Shown: in pieces, positions 25,305 to 34,087 of the stretch
Numbering within the stretch: position 1 is the stretch's first letter
Layout: each line of letters starts with the position of its first letter
IMG/VR virus record: IMGVR_UViG_3300033076_001557
Span: 1-34,101 of that record
DNA from: a virus
Taxonomy: Duplodnaviria; Caudoviricetes
Direction: 5' to 3' (one strand)
Length of the DNA: 34,101 nt
Translations under genes and position numbers: made by a program
Notes under the pieces: generated by a model
Told to the model about the DNA's origin: nothing
Seen by the model: the letters and a program-made list of their open reading frames with translations, nothing else
The model's database searches: none

Positions 25305-25542
25305 AAAAACTGATGACATAAAGATAAATTTATGTCGCACGTGTAAGCAATATGTTCATGATTCATTCAATACAAAAAAAATTCCTGAAAATAAATTTTG
25401 CCAAGCATTATGCAGTAGAGAAAAATTGATTTTGTATATTCAATATCTTTTGAATAAGTATGGGTTGATAAAATGCAAAATGTTGTCAAAAACAAAAAAA
25501 AAAGAAAAAAATGACTCAGACAGCAGGGCAAATCTCCAATAA
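25276..25542 (+). CDS. Hypothetical Cys/Lys-rich protein
   Basis: Fills a gap in the operon; CxxC...CxxxC; overlaps both neighbours. Confidence 0.4.
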   Translation: MPKSMIAITEKTDDIKINLCRTCKQYVHDSFNTKKIPENKFCQALCSREKLILYIQYLLNKYGLIKCKMLSKTKKKEKNDSDSRANLQ

Positions 25543-26116
25543 ACTTCTTAAAGATAATACAAAATATGATGCTCTTGAGGTTGGGCATTATATGGCTGAA
25601 GATTTAGAGAAGCATTTACGAAAAGCTATTGAAAATTATCGAAATATAATCGATGAAAATGAATTTTGCGTGGTGATGATTCTTGCCAAAGATCCTTTGA
25701 TCAAAAATGTCATAAGAAGAAAATTTTATTGTTGGCCGTATCTTCCCAAGCCTCGACCTAACCAAGCTGTATTTTTGTACAATAAAGGTCTAGACCGTAT
25801 TACCAAACGTTTATGGGTTTTGCCAAGCGATGTTGTAATGGCCGAACTAGCAGGCACAGGCGTTATTGTTCATAAAAGATATGAAAAAATGCAGGCATGG
25901 TCAATCGCTTTTTTTCAAGGTACATTTTGGGAATACATACGACACGAACATGACATAAATATGTTATCAGAACACGAATATATGTTAGCGAATCGGCAAA
26001 AATTGATTGAGGCCGGCTGTAAGATCCCTAATGTCATCGGCATGGAGCCCTTCGATTTTAGTAAGATCCAAATCAAAAAGGTCGTAGACTCTAAAGATCC
26101 TCCTCTTACGCAATAA
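25511..26116 (+). CDS. Hypothetical protein in the head module
   Basis: 201-aa globular-looking ORF (RRKFYCWPYLPKPRPNQAVFLY...LWVLP). Confidence 0.75.
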   Translation: MTQTAGQISNKLLKDNTKYDALEVGHYMAEDLEKHLRKAIENYRNIIDENEFCVVMILAKDPLIKNVIRRKFYCWPYLPKPRPNQAVFLYNKGLDRITKRLWVLPSDVVMAELAGTGVIVHKRYEKMQAWSIAFFQGTFWEYIRHEHDINMLSEHEYMLANRQKLIEAGCKIPNVIGMEPFDFSKIQIKKVVDSKDPPLTQ

Positions 26117-26251
26117 ATTGATTGCCCGCTTGCTTATGCACAAAGATTCTATAGGTAAATCAGCAGACATATAATTCATAAGCTGGTTGTATTTGTCTAG
26201 ACTTTCAAATATTTTTTTTTTTAAAACGGATTGAAATTCTGTGTTGTCCAT
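25985..26251 (-). CDS. RNA polymerase alpha-CTD-like (helix-hairpin-helix) protein
   Basis: LPIESLCISKRAINLLRKRRIFRVYDLFDLDLTKIEGL parallels the alpha-CTD consensus xIEELxLSVRxxNCLKxxxIxTVGDL...LLKIxxL. Confidence 0.7.
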   Translation of the reverse strand: MDNTEFQSVLKKKIFESLDKYNQLMNYMSADLPIESLCISKRAINLLRKRRIFRVYDLFDLDLTKIEGLHADDIRDLTAGLNQFLPIR

Positions 26252-26376
26252 AAAATCACTGCAAAAAATGGTAAAATTAAAATATTTGTTATACATTAAA
26301 AAATGTCACACTTGATGAAAAAAATCAACCAAAAATGATGCATAAGAAACTTAAGAAAAAAATTTACACATGAGGA

Positions 26377-27090
26377 ATGATGGAAGAGACAAAGCAAGAA
26401 GTTACGCAAGAAGTGCAATCTGAACAAGAAATATTGCAACAGCCTTCAGAAATAGCACCAGAAATCAAAAGCGAAGCCAATGTGGCAAATTGGCGTGCAT
26501 TTAGAGAGCAACGAGAGGCGGAGCGAAAAGCAAGAATTGAAATAGAAAAAAAAGCGGCAGAAAAAGCAGCTGAGGCCGAAGCTTTAAGGAAAGCGTTAGA
26601 AGCTGTGACAAGTAAGCCAAATACGTATGAGGAATATTCTGAAGAGTCAGAAGATGAAAAAATCGAAAAAAAAGTAAGAGAACTTTTAGAAAAAAAAGAA
26701 CAAGAATTGCTTCGACAGAGGCATGAGGAAGAAATTAAAAATCTTCCTGTTCTTCTAAACCGAGAATTTAAAGATTTTGATCAGGTATGTTCTACAGAAA
26801 ATTTGGATTATTTGGAATACCATTATCCAGAGATAGCAGCGCCCTTCAAATATATGCCAGACGGTTTTGAAAAATGGGCTGCAATATACAAGGCAACAAA
26901 AAAGCTGGTGAAAAATACCACAAGCGCAGCGGATGCAGCAAAATTGCAAAAAAATCTTGAAAAACCAAAATCAATATCATCAACAAATTTAACATCATCT
27001 GGTCAATCATACGCTTCGGTTGTATCAGAAGCAAAAAAAGCAGCAAATTGGGAAAGAATGCAAAGAACAATGAAAGGCTTGACACCTTAA
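26377..27090 (+). CDS. Putative capsid scaffolding protein
   Basis: Glu/Lys-rich coiled coil (NWRAFREQREAER) directly upstream of the capsid gene. Confidence 0.75.
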   Translation: MMEETKQEVTQEVQSEQEILQQPSEIAPEIKSEANVANWRAFREQREAERKARIEIEKKAAEKAAEAEALRKALEAVTSKPNTYEEYSEESEDEKIEKKVRELLEKKEQELLRQRHEEEIKNLPVLLNREFKDFDQVCSTENLDYLEYHYPEIAAPFKYMPDGFEKWAAIYKATKKLVKNTTSAADAAKLQKNLEKPKSISSTNLTSSGQSYASVVSEAKKAANWERMQRTMKGLTP

Positions 27091-27120
27091 AACAAAATTT
27101 ATACTTTGAAAAAAGCAGAA

Positions 27121-27219
27121 TAAAAGAGTCGCTCTCTTTAGGCTGAAAAAGCACCTCGCCCGTGCGTGCAGATAATCGGATTCGCAAACCGGAATTAAAC
27201 ATGCACGAGCGAGGATAAG
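27121..27219 (+). promoter_or_regulatory. Structured 5' leader of the capsid gene sequestering the RBS
   Basis: CCTCGC-C-CGTGCGTG (27154-27168) pairs with CATGCACG-A-GCGAGG (27200-27214); upstream hairpin AAAGAG/CTCTTT. Confidence 0.7.
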
Positions 27220-28188
27220 ATGACAGCCCCTTCCGGTATAACAAACATCTACAATATGGCGCCTGAGCTACCAGTTCAAGCCGCCGAAGATTTACTTTCA
27301 ACGCCAATGTTTAGCCTTATTCACTCTTTTGGGGTGGATTTGCATCATGCTGATGCTTACATAGGCAAAACAACCCGTATGTCTCGATTTGAACGCCTTT
27401 CAACAGATGGCGGACAACTCGACGGTTCTGGTATTGATCCTGCCAGCGAAGTACCTCAAAGAACTGACATTGACGCGACGATGGAAACTTATGCAAAAAG
27501 CATCATTACTAATGAACAAGTTATTTTGTATGAAAACAGCAAAACTCTGACAAAATTTACTGCTTTATTAGGGCAATGGTTAAGAGAAAAAGAAGATCTT
27601 TTAATGAGAGACCTTTTTGCTTCATCTGTTAGTTATCTAAATTGTACAGGCGGAACTAATGGTGATTCTCCAAGTAATATCAGTTTAAATGATATTAACA
27701 ACATTGAGACCATTCTTTTAGGAAATGACGCTCGCACAATGTTAGAAAGCATCGATGCGATGAATAAATTTTCGACTGGGCCCACACGGGACGCTTTTAT
27801 TGCGTTAGCTTCCACAAGTTTGACAAATGATCTGCAGAAAGTTCAAGGCGTTCTTCTTAAAAACGCTTATCCTTCTCAAGAAGGACTAAGGCCAGAAGAA
27901 TATTGTTCTATTAGTAGATTCCGATTTTTTGTTTCATCCAAAGCCGCAAAAACTCCTGGAATTTCTGAGCTAGGAAGAACCATATACACGATTCCTATGT
28001 ATGGACTAGAAGCAGCCGCTAAAATTGAACAAAATAGTTATACCGCAACAATCGGTTATAGACCACCTTGGGTTGTCTCTAGTGTTGCTCAGAATAGCCA
28101 GTTATATGCCAAATTTGCGATTGCTAGAGCAATTACCAATCAAAATTGGATTTCTGGTTTAAACACAACAACTTTAAATCCAACTTAA
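27220..28188 (+). CDS. Major capsid protein, N4-gp56-like family
   Basis: Position after scaffold; GKTTRMSRFERL, G.DP.S..P...DIDAT, LGQWLREKEDLLMRD, STGPTRDAFIAL, Y.SQ...PEEYCSI..FRF..SS. Confidence 0.85.
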   Translation: MTAPSGITNIYNMAPELPVQAAEDLLSTPMFSLIHSFGVDLHHADAYIGKTTRMSRFERLSTDGGQLDGSGIDPASEVPQRTDIDATMETYAKSIITNEQVILYENSKTLTKFTALLGQWLREKEDLLMRDLFASSVSYLNCTGGTNGDSPSNISLNDINNIETILLGNDARTMLESIDAMNKFSTGPTRDAFIALASTSLTNDLQKVQGVLLKNAYPSQEGLRPEEYCSISRFRFFVSSKAAKTPGISELGRTIYTIPMYGLEAAAKIEQNSYTATIGYRPPWVVSSVAQNSQLYAKFAIARAITNQNWISGLNTTTLNPT

Positions 28189-28198
28189 GGGGGTAATT

Positions 28199-29200
28199 AT
28201 GGCATTCACCATTATAGCGGCAAACTCTTTTACCTCCACTGGAGCAGGCGTAAAAGTTTCATTGCCATCTTCTGCGGATTTATTTGAGACCTACAATGTC
28301 ACACAATTGGCGGCTTCTAATCCTAACACTGTTACAAAAGGGTTATGGTTTGGTCAAAAATTTGGCGCTGGGGCATCAGCTGCAGGAAGTGGAATCAAAA
28401 CAGTAAAAACTACGTCAAATCTTGATTCAGCTTTTTCAGCTGGAACAGGGTTTACATACGTTACAAATTCACCTGTTATTGAAGCGCAAAGCGCAAATGC
28501 AATCACTGGTATTACCGCCGCTTCTCCTGCGGTGGTAACACAAACAAATACATATTCCGATGGCGATATCCTTCAATTTTACGGCACTACTGGGATGCTA
28601 CAAATTGCAGGGATGAATTTTCAAATTTCATCAACTTCAGGCTCTGGATATACGCTTATAGGTTTACGAGCATCTGGTTTTGCAGCTCCTGCCACTGCTG
28701 GCTTTACACGTCGTATTTCAAAATATGCTGCAGTAGATCCGCAATATTTGTACGTAACAAATATTACCCAAGCAACAAGTGCAGTTGTAACGTGTTCTGT
28801 AGACCCCACAGCGTATTATGTTGTAGGCATGAAAGTCAGATTTAGCATTCCATTTTCTTTTGGAATGACAGAAATGAATGGTTTAACGGGAACAATTACA
28901 GCTGTCAGCGCATCAAATTATACGATAACCGTAGATATTGATTCATCGGCATTTACAGCATTTGCCTTTCCATTAAGTTCGGCTGTGCCTACGACACAAC
29001 TATTTGCAACAGTTGCGCCAGCAGGTTCTAAAACAGCGCAAGACCCTCAAACTCTTGTGCAAACTGGATACAATTTTCAATATCAAGGTTTCCATACGGG
29101 GCAATTCACTCCCTATATGTACTTAGCAGGCGGAGCACAATCGCCGGCTGGGGCGGCAAATGATGTGATCAATTGGGTCGCTTATAAAATGGAAAATTAA
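28199..29200 (+). CDS. Virion decoration-type protein with two E1-FCCH-like domains
   Basis: AITGITAASPAVVT...DGDILQF.GTTGMLQI.G and VTNITQATSAVVT...GMTEMNG...IDSSAFTAF. Confidence 0.7.
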   Translation: MAFTIIAANSFTSTGAGVKVSLPSSADLFETYNVTQLAASNPNTVTKGLWFGQKFGAGASAAGSGIKTVKTTSNLDSAFSAGTGFTYVTNSPVIEAQSANAITGITAASPAVVTQTNTYSDGDILQFYGTTGMLQIAGMNFQISSTSGSGYTLIGLRASGFAAPATAGFTRRISKYAAVDPQYLYVTNITQATSAVVTCSVDPTAYYVVGMKVRFSIPFSFGMTEMNGLTGTITAVSASNYTITVDIDSSAFTAFAFPLSSAVPTTQLFATVAPAGSKTAQDPQTLVQTGYNFQYQGFHTGQFTPYMYLAGGAQSPAGAANDVINWVAYKMEN

Positions 29201-29204
29201 AAGG

Positions 29205-29232
29205 AAAGGGCGTGTAAAAAGCGCCCTTTTTT
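29205..29232 (+). terminator. Rho-independent terminator after capsid/decoration genes
   Basis: AAAGGGCGT-GTAAAAA-GCGCCCTTT then T run. Confidence 0.85.
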
Positions 29233-29241
29233 AGGTATTTA

Positions 29242-29637
29242 ATGCTACCAAATATTGCAAATTCGTACTTACCTGGCGTGATTACGATTCCAAGCGCTTT
29301 ATCGATTACAGCAATAACAAATGCGTATCCAGCAGTCGCTACTGTTACAGCAAACGCAGAAACTCAATCAAATTCATTTATCGCAGGCCAATTAGTTACT
29401 TTGCAAATTCCTGTAACATATGGCATGTGGCAAGCCAACAATCAAACTGTAAAGATTTTGGCAAATGATGGATCAAATATATCTCTTGATATGGATTCAA
29501 CAAATTACGATGCGTTTTCGATTCCTAATCCAGCAACGCAACCCGCTACAATGAGCCCTTCAGGGTCAAGAAATTTAACTTTAGATAATGAAACAAGAAC
29601 TGAACCTTTTCAGTCATTAAACAATAGAGGCAATTGA
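29242..29637 (+). CDS. Virion protein with one FCCH-like domain
   Basis: ITAITNAYPAVATV...GQLVTLQIP..YGMWQAN...MDSTNYDAF. Confidence 0.65.
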   Translation: MLPNIANSYLPGVITIPSALSITAITNAYPAVATVTANAETQSNSFIAGQLVTLQIPVTYGMWQANNQTVKILANDGSNISLDMDSTNYDAFSIPNPATQPATMSPSGSRNLTLDNETRTEPFQSLNNRGN

Positions 29638-30059
29638 TGAGTTTAACACTAGCAACGGCAACAGGTGAATTGCATGGGTTGATTGATACAAGAGTGAATT
29701 CTTGTGCAAATGATGATTTTAAACATATGTCGCCTTCAGTTAAAGCAAGAATGGAAAAAGAAAAAAAAGAAGATTGCCGAATTGTTAAAGCTGAATACAT
29801 AAACAAAAATGGAAAACAAGAAAGGTTAGAAAAACCTTATTGTCGTTATGCTGGAGAGCCTATCCAAATTTGGAGATTTATTCCTGGGTATGTTTATGAA
29901 GTTCCAATGGGATTAATTAAAGAAGTTAATAAAGCAAGAATGCCAAAACGTTCCGGCTTAATGTCAGTGGATGGAAAAGACGTAAATAATGATGGAAGCC
30001 CGTTAGACAAAGATTTGGAAGGCGATTGGATTCATAAATTTGTGCCTGTTTCATTTTAA
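29634..30059 (+). CDS. Hypothetical protein (head-tail region)
   Basis: Coupled ORF; YAGEPIQIWRFIPG.VYEVPMGL. Confidence 0.7.
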   Translation: MMSLTLATATGELHGLIDTRVNSCANDDFKHMSPSVKARMEKEKKEDCRIVKAEYINKNGKQERLEKPYCRYAGEPIQIWRFIPGYVYEVPMGLIKEVNKARMPKRSGLMSVDGKDVNNDGSPLDKDLEGDWIHKFVPVSF

Positions 30060-30068
30060 GGATTAATT

Positions 30069-31154
30069 ATGGCAACGGTAGCGCCTGGAGATTCTACAGT
30101 CAATTTTATGAGAAGAAAAATTCGCCGCTTGACTGCATCTTCAAGTGAATCGGCGCTACCAACTGCAAGCATAGATGAATATCTTAACAATGCTTTATTA
30201 AACGATTTCCCATACGGTATCAAAATCGATCAAATGCGCTCTGTGTATACGATTTACACAGAACCTTATCGCGATCGATATCCATTAGATGTGAATTATA
30301 ATCAAGGGATACGAGCTCCCTTTTATGTCGATGGGATCATTGGGTCTTTTTTTAAAGACAGAACGCAATTTTATAACCTATGGCCAAGATGGCCAACAAC
30401 ATTAAATCCAATTTCAGGAGATGGACAAACGGTAGATTTTTCATTCAATATTCCAGCTCCTTTTTTGTCAAAACAAGTCATTGTGGGCGGAATAGATGTT
30501 TCGGGAAATCCAATAAGTATAGCAGATGATGGAGAAGGGCGATTACTTTTGCAAGTTCCTAATCCTCAAGTAACCGTTCCTCCATATAATGCCAGCACAT
30601 TTCCGCCAATTCCTGGAATGCACAATCAAAATACCGGTAATCCTGGATTATATTTTCAAGGAACATCCTCTACTGGATTCACAAACCAAATAGGCACAGT
30701 AAATTATGTCACGGGAAATTTTCACATTGTATTCCCCGTAGCGCCTGCTGCAGGTACTCAAATCACCGTCAAAGTCAGTCAATATCAGCCTGGAAGACCT
30801 TACTGTCTGTTATTTTGGAATAATGAATTTACAGTTAGGCCTATCCCAAAATTGATACACAAATTGGAAATAGAAACCTATCTTACCCCAGTCCAATTTT
30901 ATGAAACGACAGATGTTCCAATTTTAAATCAATGGGCTCAATATTTAGCCTATATTGCTGCTGCTGAAATTCTTAGAGATCGAAATGACTTGGACGGGGT
31001 AGCTGCATTACAAGACGGTCTCAAAAGACAAGAAGGACTTGTTTTAGAAAGGCAAGGCGTTGAAGAAATTGGCCAGCCAAATTATCAGCTATTCAATTCT
31101 ACACAAGGATATACAGTATATGGCGGCTGGGGCGGCTGGGGCGGATATCCTTAA
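30069..31154 (+). CDS. Putative head-tail adaptor (tail tubular protein A-like)
   Basis: MRRKIRRLT...IDEYLN N-terminal helix, RPYCLL...VRPIP, WAQYLAY.AA.EIL; precedes the nozzle gene. Confidence 0.7.
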   Translation: MATVAPGDSTVNFMRRKIRRLTASSSESALPTASIDEYLNNALLNDFPYGIKIDQMRSVYTIYTEPYRDRYPLDVNYNQGIRAPFYVDGIIGSFFKDRTQFYNLWPRWPTTLNPISGDGQTVDFSFNIPAPFLSKQVIVGGIDVSGNPISIADDGEGRLLLQVPNPQVTVPPYNASTFPPIPGMHNQNTGNPGLYFQGTSSTGFTNQIGTVNYVTGNFHIVFPVAPAAGTQITVKVSQYQPGRPYCLLFWNNEFTVRPIPKLIHKLEIETYLTPVQFYETTDVPILNQWAQYLAYIAAAEILRDRNDLDGVAALQDGLKRQEGLVLERQGVEEIGQPNYQLFNSTQGYTVYGGWGGWGGYP

Positions 31155-33469
31155 TGCCTTCTTTATCTCCCTTATATATTTCAGGAAATGAAACTGGACT
31201 TGTCGAAGATCGGCAGCAATTTATTTTGCCAGCTGATGCATACCCAATTTTAGAAAATGCGTACGTATGGAGAGAACAGCTTAAAAGAAAACAGGGCTGC
31301 AAAATTTTAGGAAGGCTCAGACGCGTTTTTACAGCTGTAAGTTTGGGAAATAGCGGGGCAAGTCCATGGAGTTTTAATCTCTACTCTACAATGAGTCCCG
31401 CTGTAGTTCCTGAAACAAATGCTCAAATTGAGCCTGGAAGTGTATCAATAACGATTAACGTCACTTTGATAGACCAAGGTGACGGTACCTTACAGACAAA
31501 TCCTGTTTCAGGCGTAACAGGAACCATAAATTATATTTCTGGCGATGTCGTAATTACAGGAGCTAGTGCAGGAGTAGCTTCTACGGTAAATATGGCATAT
31601 TTCCCGACATTGCCAGTTATGGGATTGCTAACTCGAGATTTAGCCGCTAGCAATAATGAAATGTGTCTGGCATTTGATACAAAATATGCTTATGCATTTA
31701 CAGGCTCGGGATGGCAAGAATTTATTCCTGGAACCACTTGGACAGGCTTTGATTTTAATTTTTTTTGGGGAACTAATTATTGGAATTTAGGGACTCAAAA
31801 ATTATTTTGGGTTACCAATTTTTCGGGATTGAGTGGCGATCCAATTAGATACACAGATGGAAGTAATTGGATTGATTTTGGTGCGTCTAGCGCTACAGGA
31901 ACAGGATTAATAAGCACAGCACCAAATATTTTTCTTAATCAGTGTCTATGCTTAGTACCATTTAGAGGTCGATTGGTAGCCTTTAATACTTATGAAGGCA
32001 CAACATTAGGAACTTCTACGCAATATCCTCAGCGCATAAGATGGGCCGCTATTGGAAATCCACTTACAATAGATAGCGTGGGCCCACCAGCAACTACAGG
32101 TGCTTGGAGAGATGATATTCCTGGTAGAGGCGGTTATCTAGATATTCCAACAACAGAAAATATAGTCAGCGTCGGATTTGTCAGAGATAATCTTGTCGTT
32201 TTTTGTGAAAGAAGCACATGGCAATTGAGATATACAGGAAGGTCAATTTCTCCTTTCCAAATCGAAAAAGTAAACACAGAATTAGGTTGCGAAAGCACGT
32301 TTAGCTCAGTGCAATTCGACACTTCTGTTATTGCGGTAGGGGACAAAGGAATAGTCGAATGTGATAGCTACAAAAGCGAAAGAATCGATATCAAAATTCC
32401 TGATCTGGTTTTTCATTTTAACAATAATGCGAATGGCCCAAATCGCGTTTATGGCATAAGGGATTTTCAAAAACGCTTGGCTTTTTGGACATATCCGTAT
32501 CAAGACATTCAAAAATTATCGGATGTATATCCAAACAGACGCCTTGTTTACAATTATGAAAATGATTCTTGGGCAATATTTATAGATTCATTTACTTGTT
32601 TTGGCACTTTTCAAGCTCAATCAGGAAGAAGATGGCAAGATTACACGCAAGAAAATGTAGATGAATGGCAAAACCAAAATGTGCCTTGGATATCAAATCC
32701 AGCTCTTTTTCCAAGCATTGTTGCAGGAAATCAACAAGGCTATGTGCTATTCATAGATCAAAACGTAAAAAATGATGTTTCTTTAAGCATTAAAGGGATA
32801 ACAGGAAACATAACAACTCCCACATCAATTTTTTGTCCAAGCCATAATTTAGAAACTGATCAAATCATTCAAATTGAAAATATACCAACTGGCGATTTTT
32901 CTTCTTTAAATCAAGGCATATTTTCAATTGTAAGAGTAGACAACGACAATTTTTTACTTTATAAATATTCAACGGAAACGAAATCATTTTCAAATAGCCA
33001 ACTCAATGCTTCTGGAACTTATATTGGTGGCGGAGAAATTGCAGTGCTAGACAATTTTAGAATTGTTAGCAAAAAGTTTAATTTTTTAGAACAAGGCCAA
33101 ACGGTACTTCTTTCGTTTATTGATATTTTAATGAATACCACAACCGCCGGTGGAATATCAATGAACGCATATATTGATTACAACAACAATTCTCCAGTCA
33201 ACACATGGCCACAAAATAGTTTTGACAGTTCTTCTCAAAATTCAGATGAATTTTTTAACACTACAATTCCGACTATTTTGCCTGGCGGAATGCCAAGCTC
33301 TAAATTGTGGCAAAGAGTTTATTGTGCTGTCCGAGGCTCTTTCATAACGATTGAGTATACATTATCAGATGCGCAAATGATTGGCGCAGAACAGGCAAGT
33401 GACGTTCAAATAGACGCTCAAATTTTGTGGATGAGACCAGCAGGTAGACAATTACCCCAAGGATTTTAA
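31154..33469 (+). CDS. Putative tail nozzle/DNA-stabilisation protein (tubular B/P22 gp10-like)
   Basis: 771 aa, beta-rich; LENAYV..EQLKRKQG, FRGRLVAFN, RIRWAAIGNP, LVVFCERSTW, LVYNYENDSWA. Confidence 0.8.
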   Translation: MPSLSPLYISGNETGLVEDRQQFILPADAYPILENAYVWREQLKRKQGCKILGRLRRVFTAVSLGNSGASPWSFNLYSTMSPAVVPETNAQIEPGSVSITINVTLIDQGDGTLQTNPVSGVTGTINYISGDVVITGASAGVASTVNMAYFPTLPVMGLLTRDLAASNNEMCLAFDTKYAYAFTGSGWQEFIPGTTWTGFDFNFFWGTNYWNLGTQKLFWVTNFSGLSGDPIRYTDGSNWIDFGASSATGTGLISTAPNIFLNQCLCLVPFRGRLVAFNTYEGTTLGTSTQYPQRIRWAAIGNPLTIDSVGPPATTGAWRDDIPGRGGYLDIPTTENIVSVGFVRDNLVVFCERSTWQLRYTGRSISPFQIEKVNTELGCESTFSSVQFDTSVIAVGDKGIVECDSYKSERIDIKIPDLVFHFNNNANGPNRVYGIRDFQKRLAFWTYPYQDIQKLSDVYPNRRLVYNYENDSWAIFIDSFTCFGTFQAQSGRRWQDYTQENVDEWQNQNVPWISNPALFPSIVAGNQQGYVLFIDQNVKNDVSLSIKGITGNITTPTSIFCPSHNLETDQIIQIENIPTGDFSSLNQGIFSIVRVDNDNFLLYKYSTETKSFSNSQLNASGTYIGGGEIAVLDNFRIVSKKFNFLEQGQTVLLSFIDILMNTTTAGGISMNAYIDYNNNSPVNTWPQNSFDSSSQNSDEFFNTTIPTILPGGMPSSKLWQRVYCAVRGSFITIEYTLSDAQMIGAEQASDVQIDAQILWMRPAGRQLPQGF

Positions 33470-34087
33470 ATGACTGTATATTTACCTAATATCCCTTTAG
33501 CTAGCGATCTTTTGTCTGTAAGCCAAGGAAACATTAAAGATAATTTTTTCACTGCCAACGCCATTATGGACGTCAATCATTATCCTTTTAATGATACCAC
33601 AGCAAACAAGGGGAAACACAAATTTGTAGCCATGCCAGTTTTGGGAGCAATTCCAACAGTGGTAGCAGGAGATGGGGCAGTTTACACGAAAACAAATGCG
33701 ACAAGTCAGTTATTTTTTACTGCTGATGGAAGTGGTAATGAATATCAATTGACAACAACTAGCGATGCCGATTTTTCAAAATTTGGAACATCAATAGCTT
33801 ACGGTTCACCACCAGCGCCAGATATACAAGAGGGCGGTTGGACTTTTTTACCTGGTGGTCTTCTTTTGCAATATGGGAAATATACAGTGGTAAGCGGTAA
33901 TAATCGAGTTGTACAATTTCCGATTGCATTTACAAGCGTTTTTTGCGTTCAAGTGACTGCAATTACCACCACTTCAAATCAAGTTGCAGTTTTGACAAGT
34001 AATGACGACACAACTTTTACCTGGGGAAATGCCATAACGTCCGCAATCGTAACACAGCTATATTGGTCAGCAATAGGGAAAAAATGA
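33470..34087 (+). CDS. Short tail fibre with gp53-like C-terminal domain
   Basis: GWTFLPGGLLLQYG...VQFPIAF..VFCVQVT...LYWSAIG signature. Confidence 0.8.
   Translation: MTVYLPNIPLASDLLSVSQGNIKDNFFTANAIMDVNHYPFNDTTANKGKHKFVAMPVLGAIPTVVAGDGAVYTKTNATSQLFFTADGSGNEYQLTTTSDADFSKFGTSIAYGSPPAPDIQEGGWTFLPGGLLLQYGKYTVVSGNNRVVQFPIAFTSVFCVQVTAITTTSNQVAVLTSNDDTTFTWGNAITSAIVTQLYWSAIGKK

Noticed and set aside
26846-27307. 153-aa minus-strand ORF
   Set aside because: Overlaps scaffold, structured leader and capsid on the opposite strand with no recognisable motif
31122-31146. GGCGGCTGG tandem repeat (YGGWGGWGGYP)
   Set aside because: Short coding low-complexity tail; no support for a separate element
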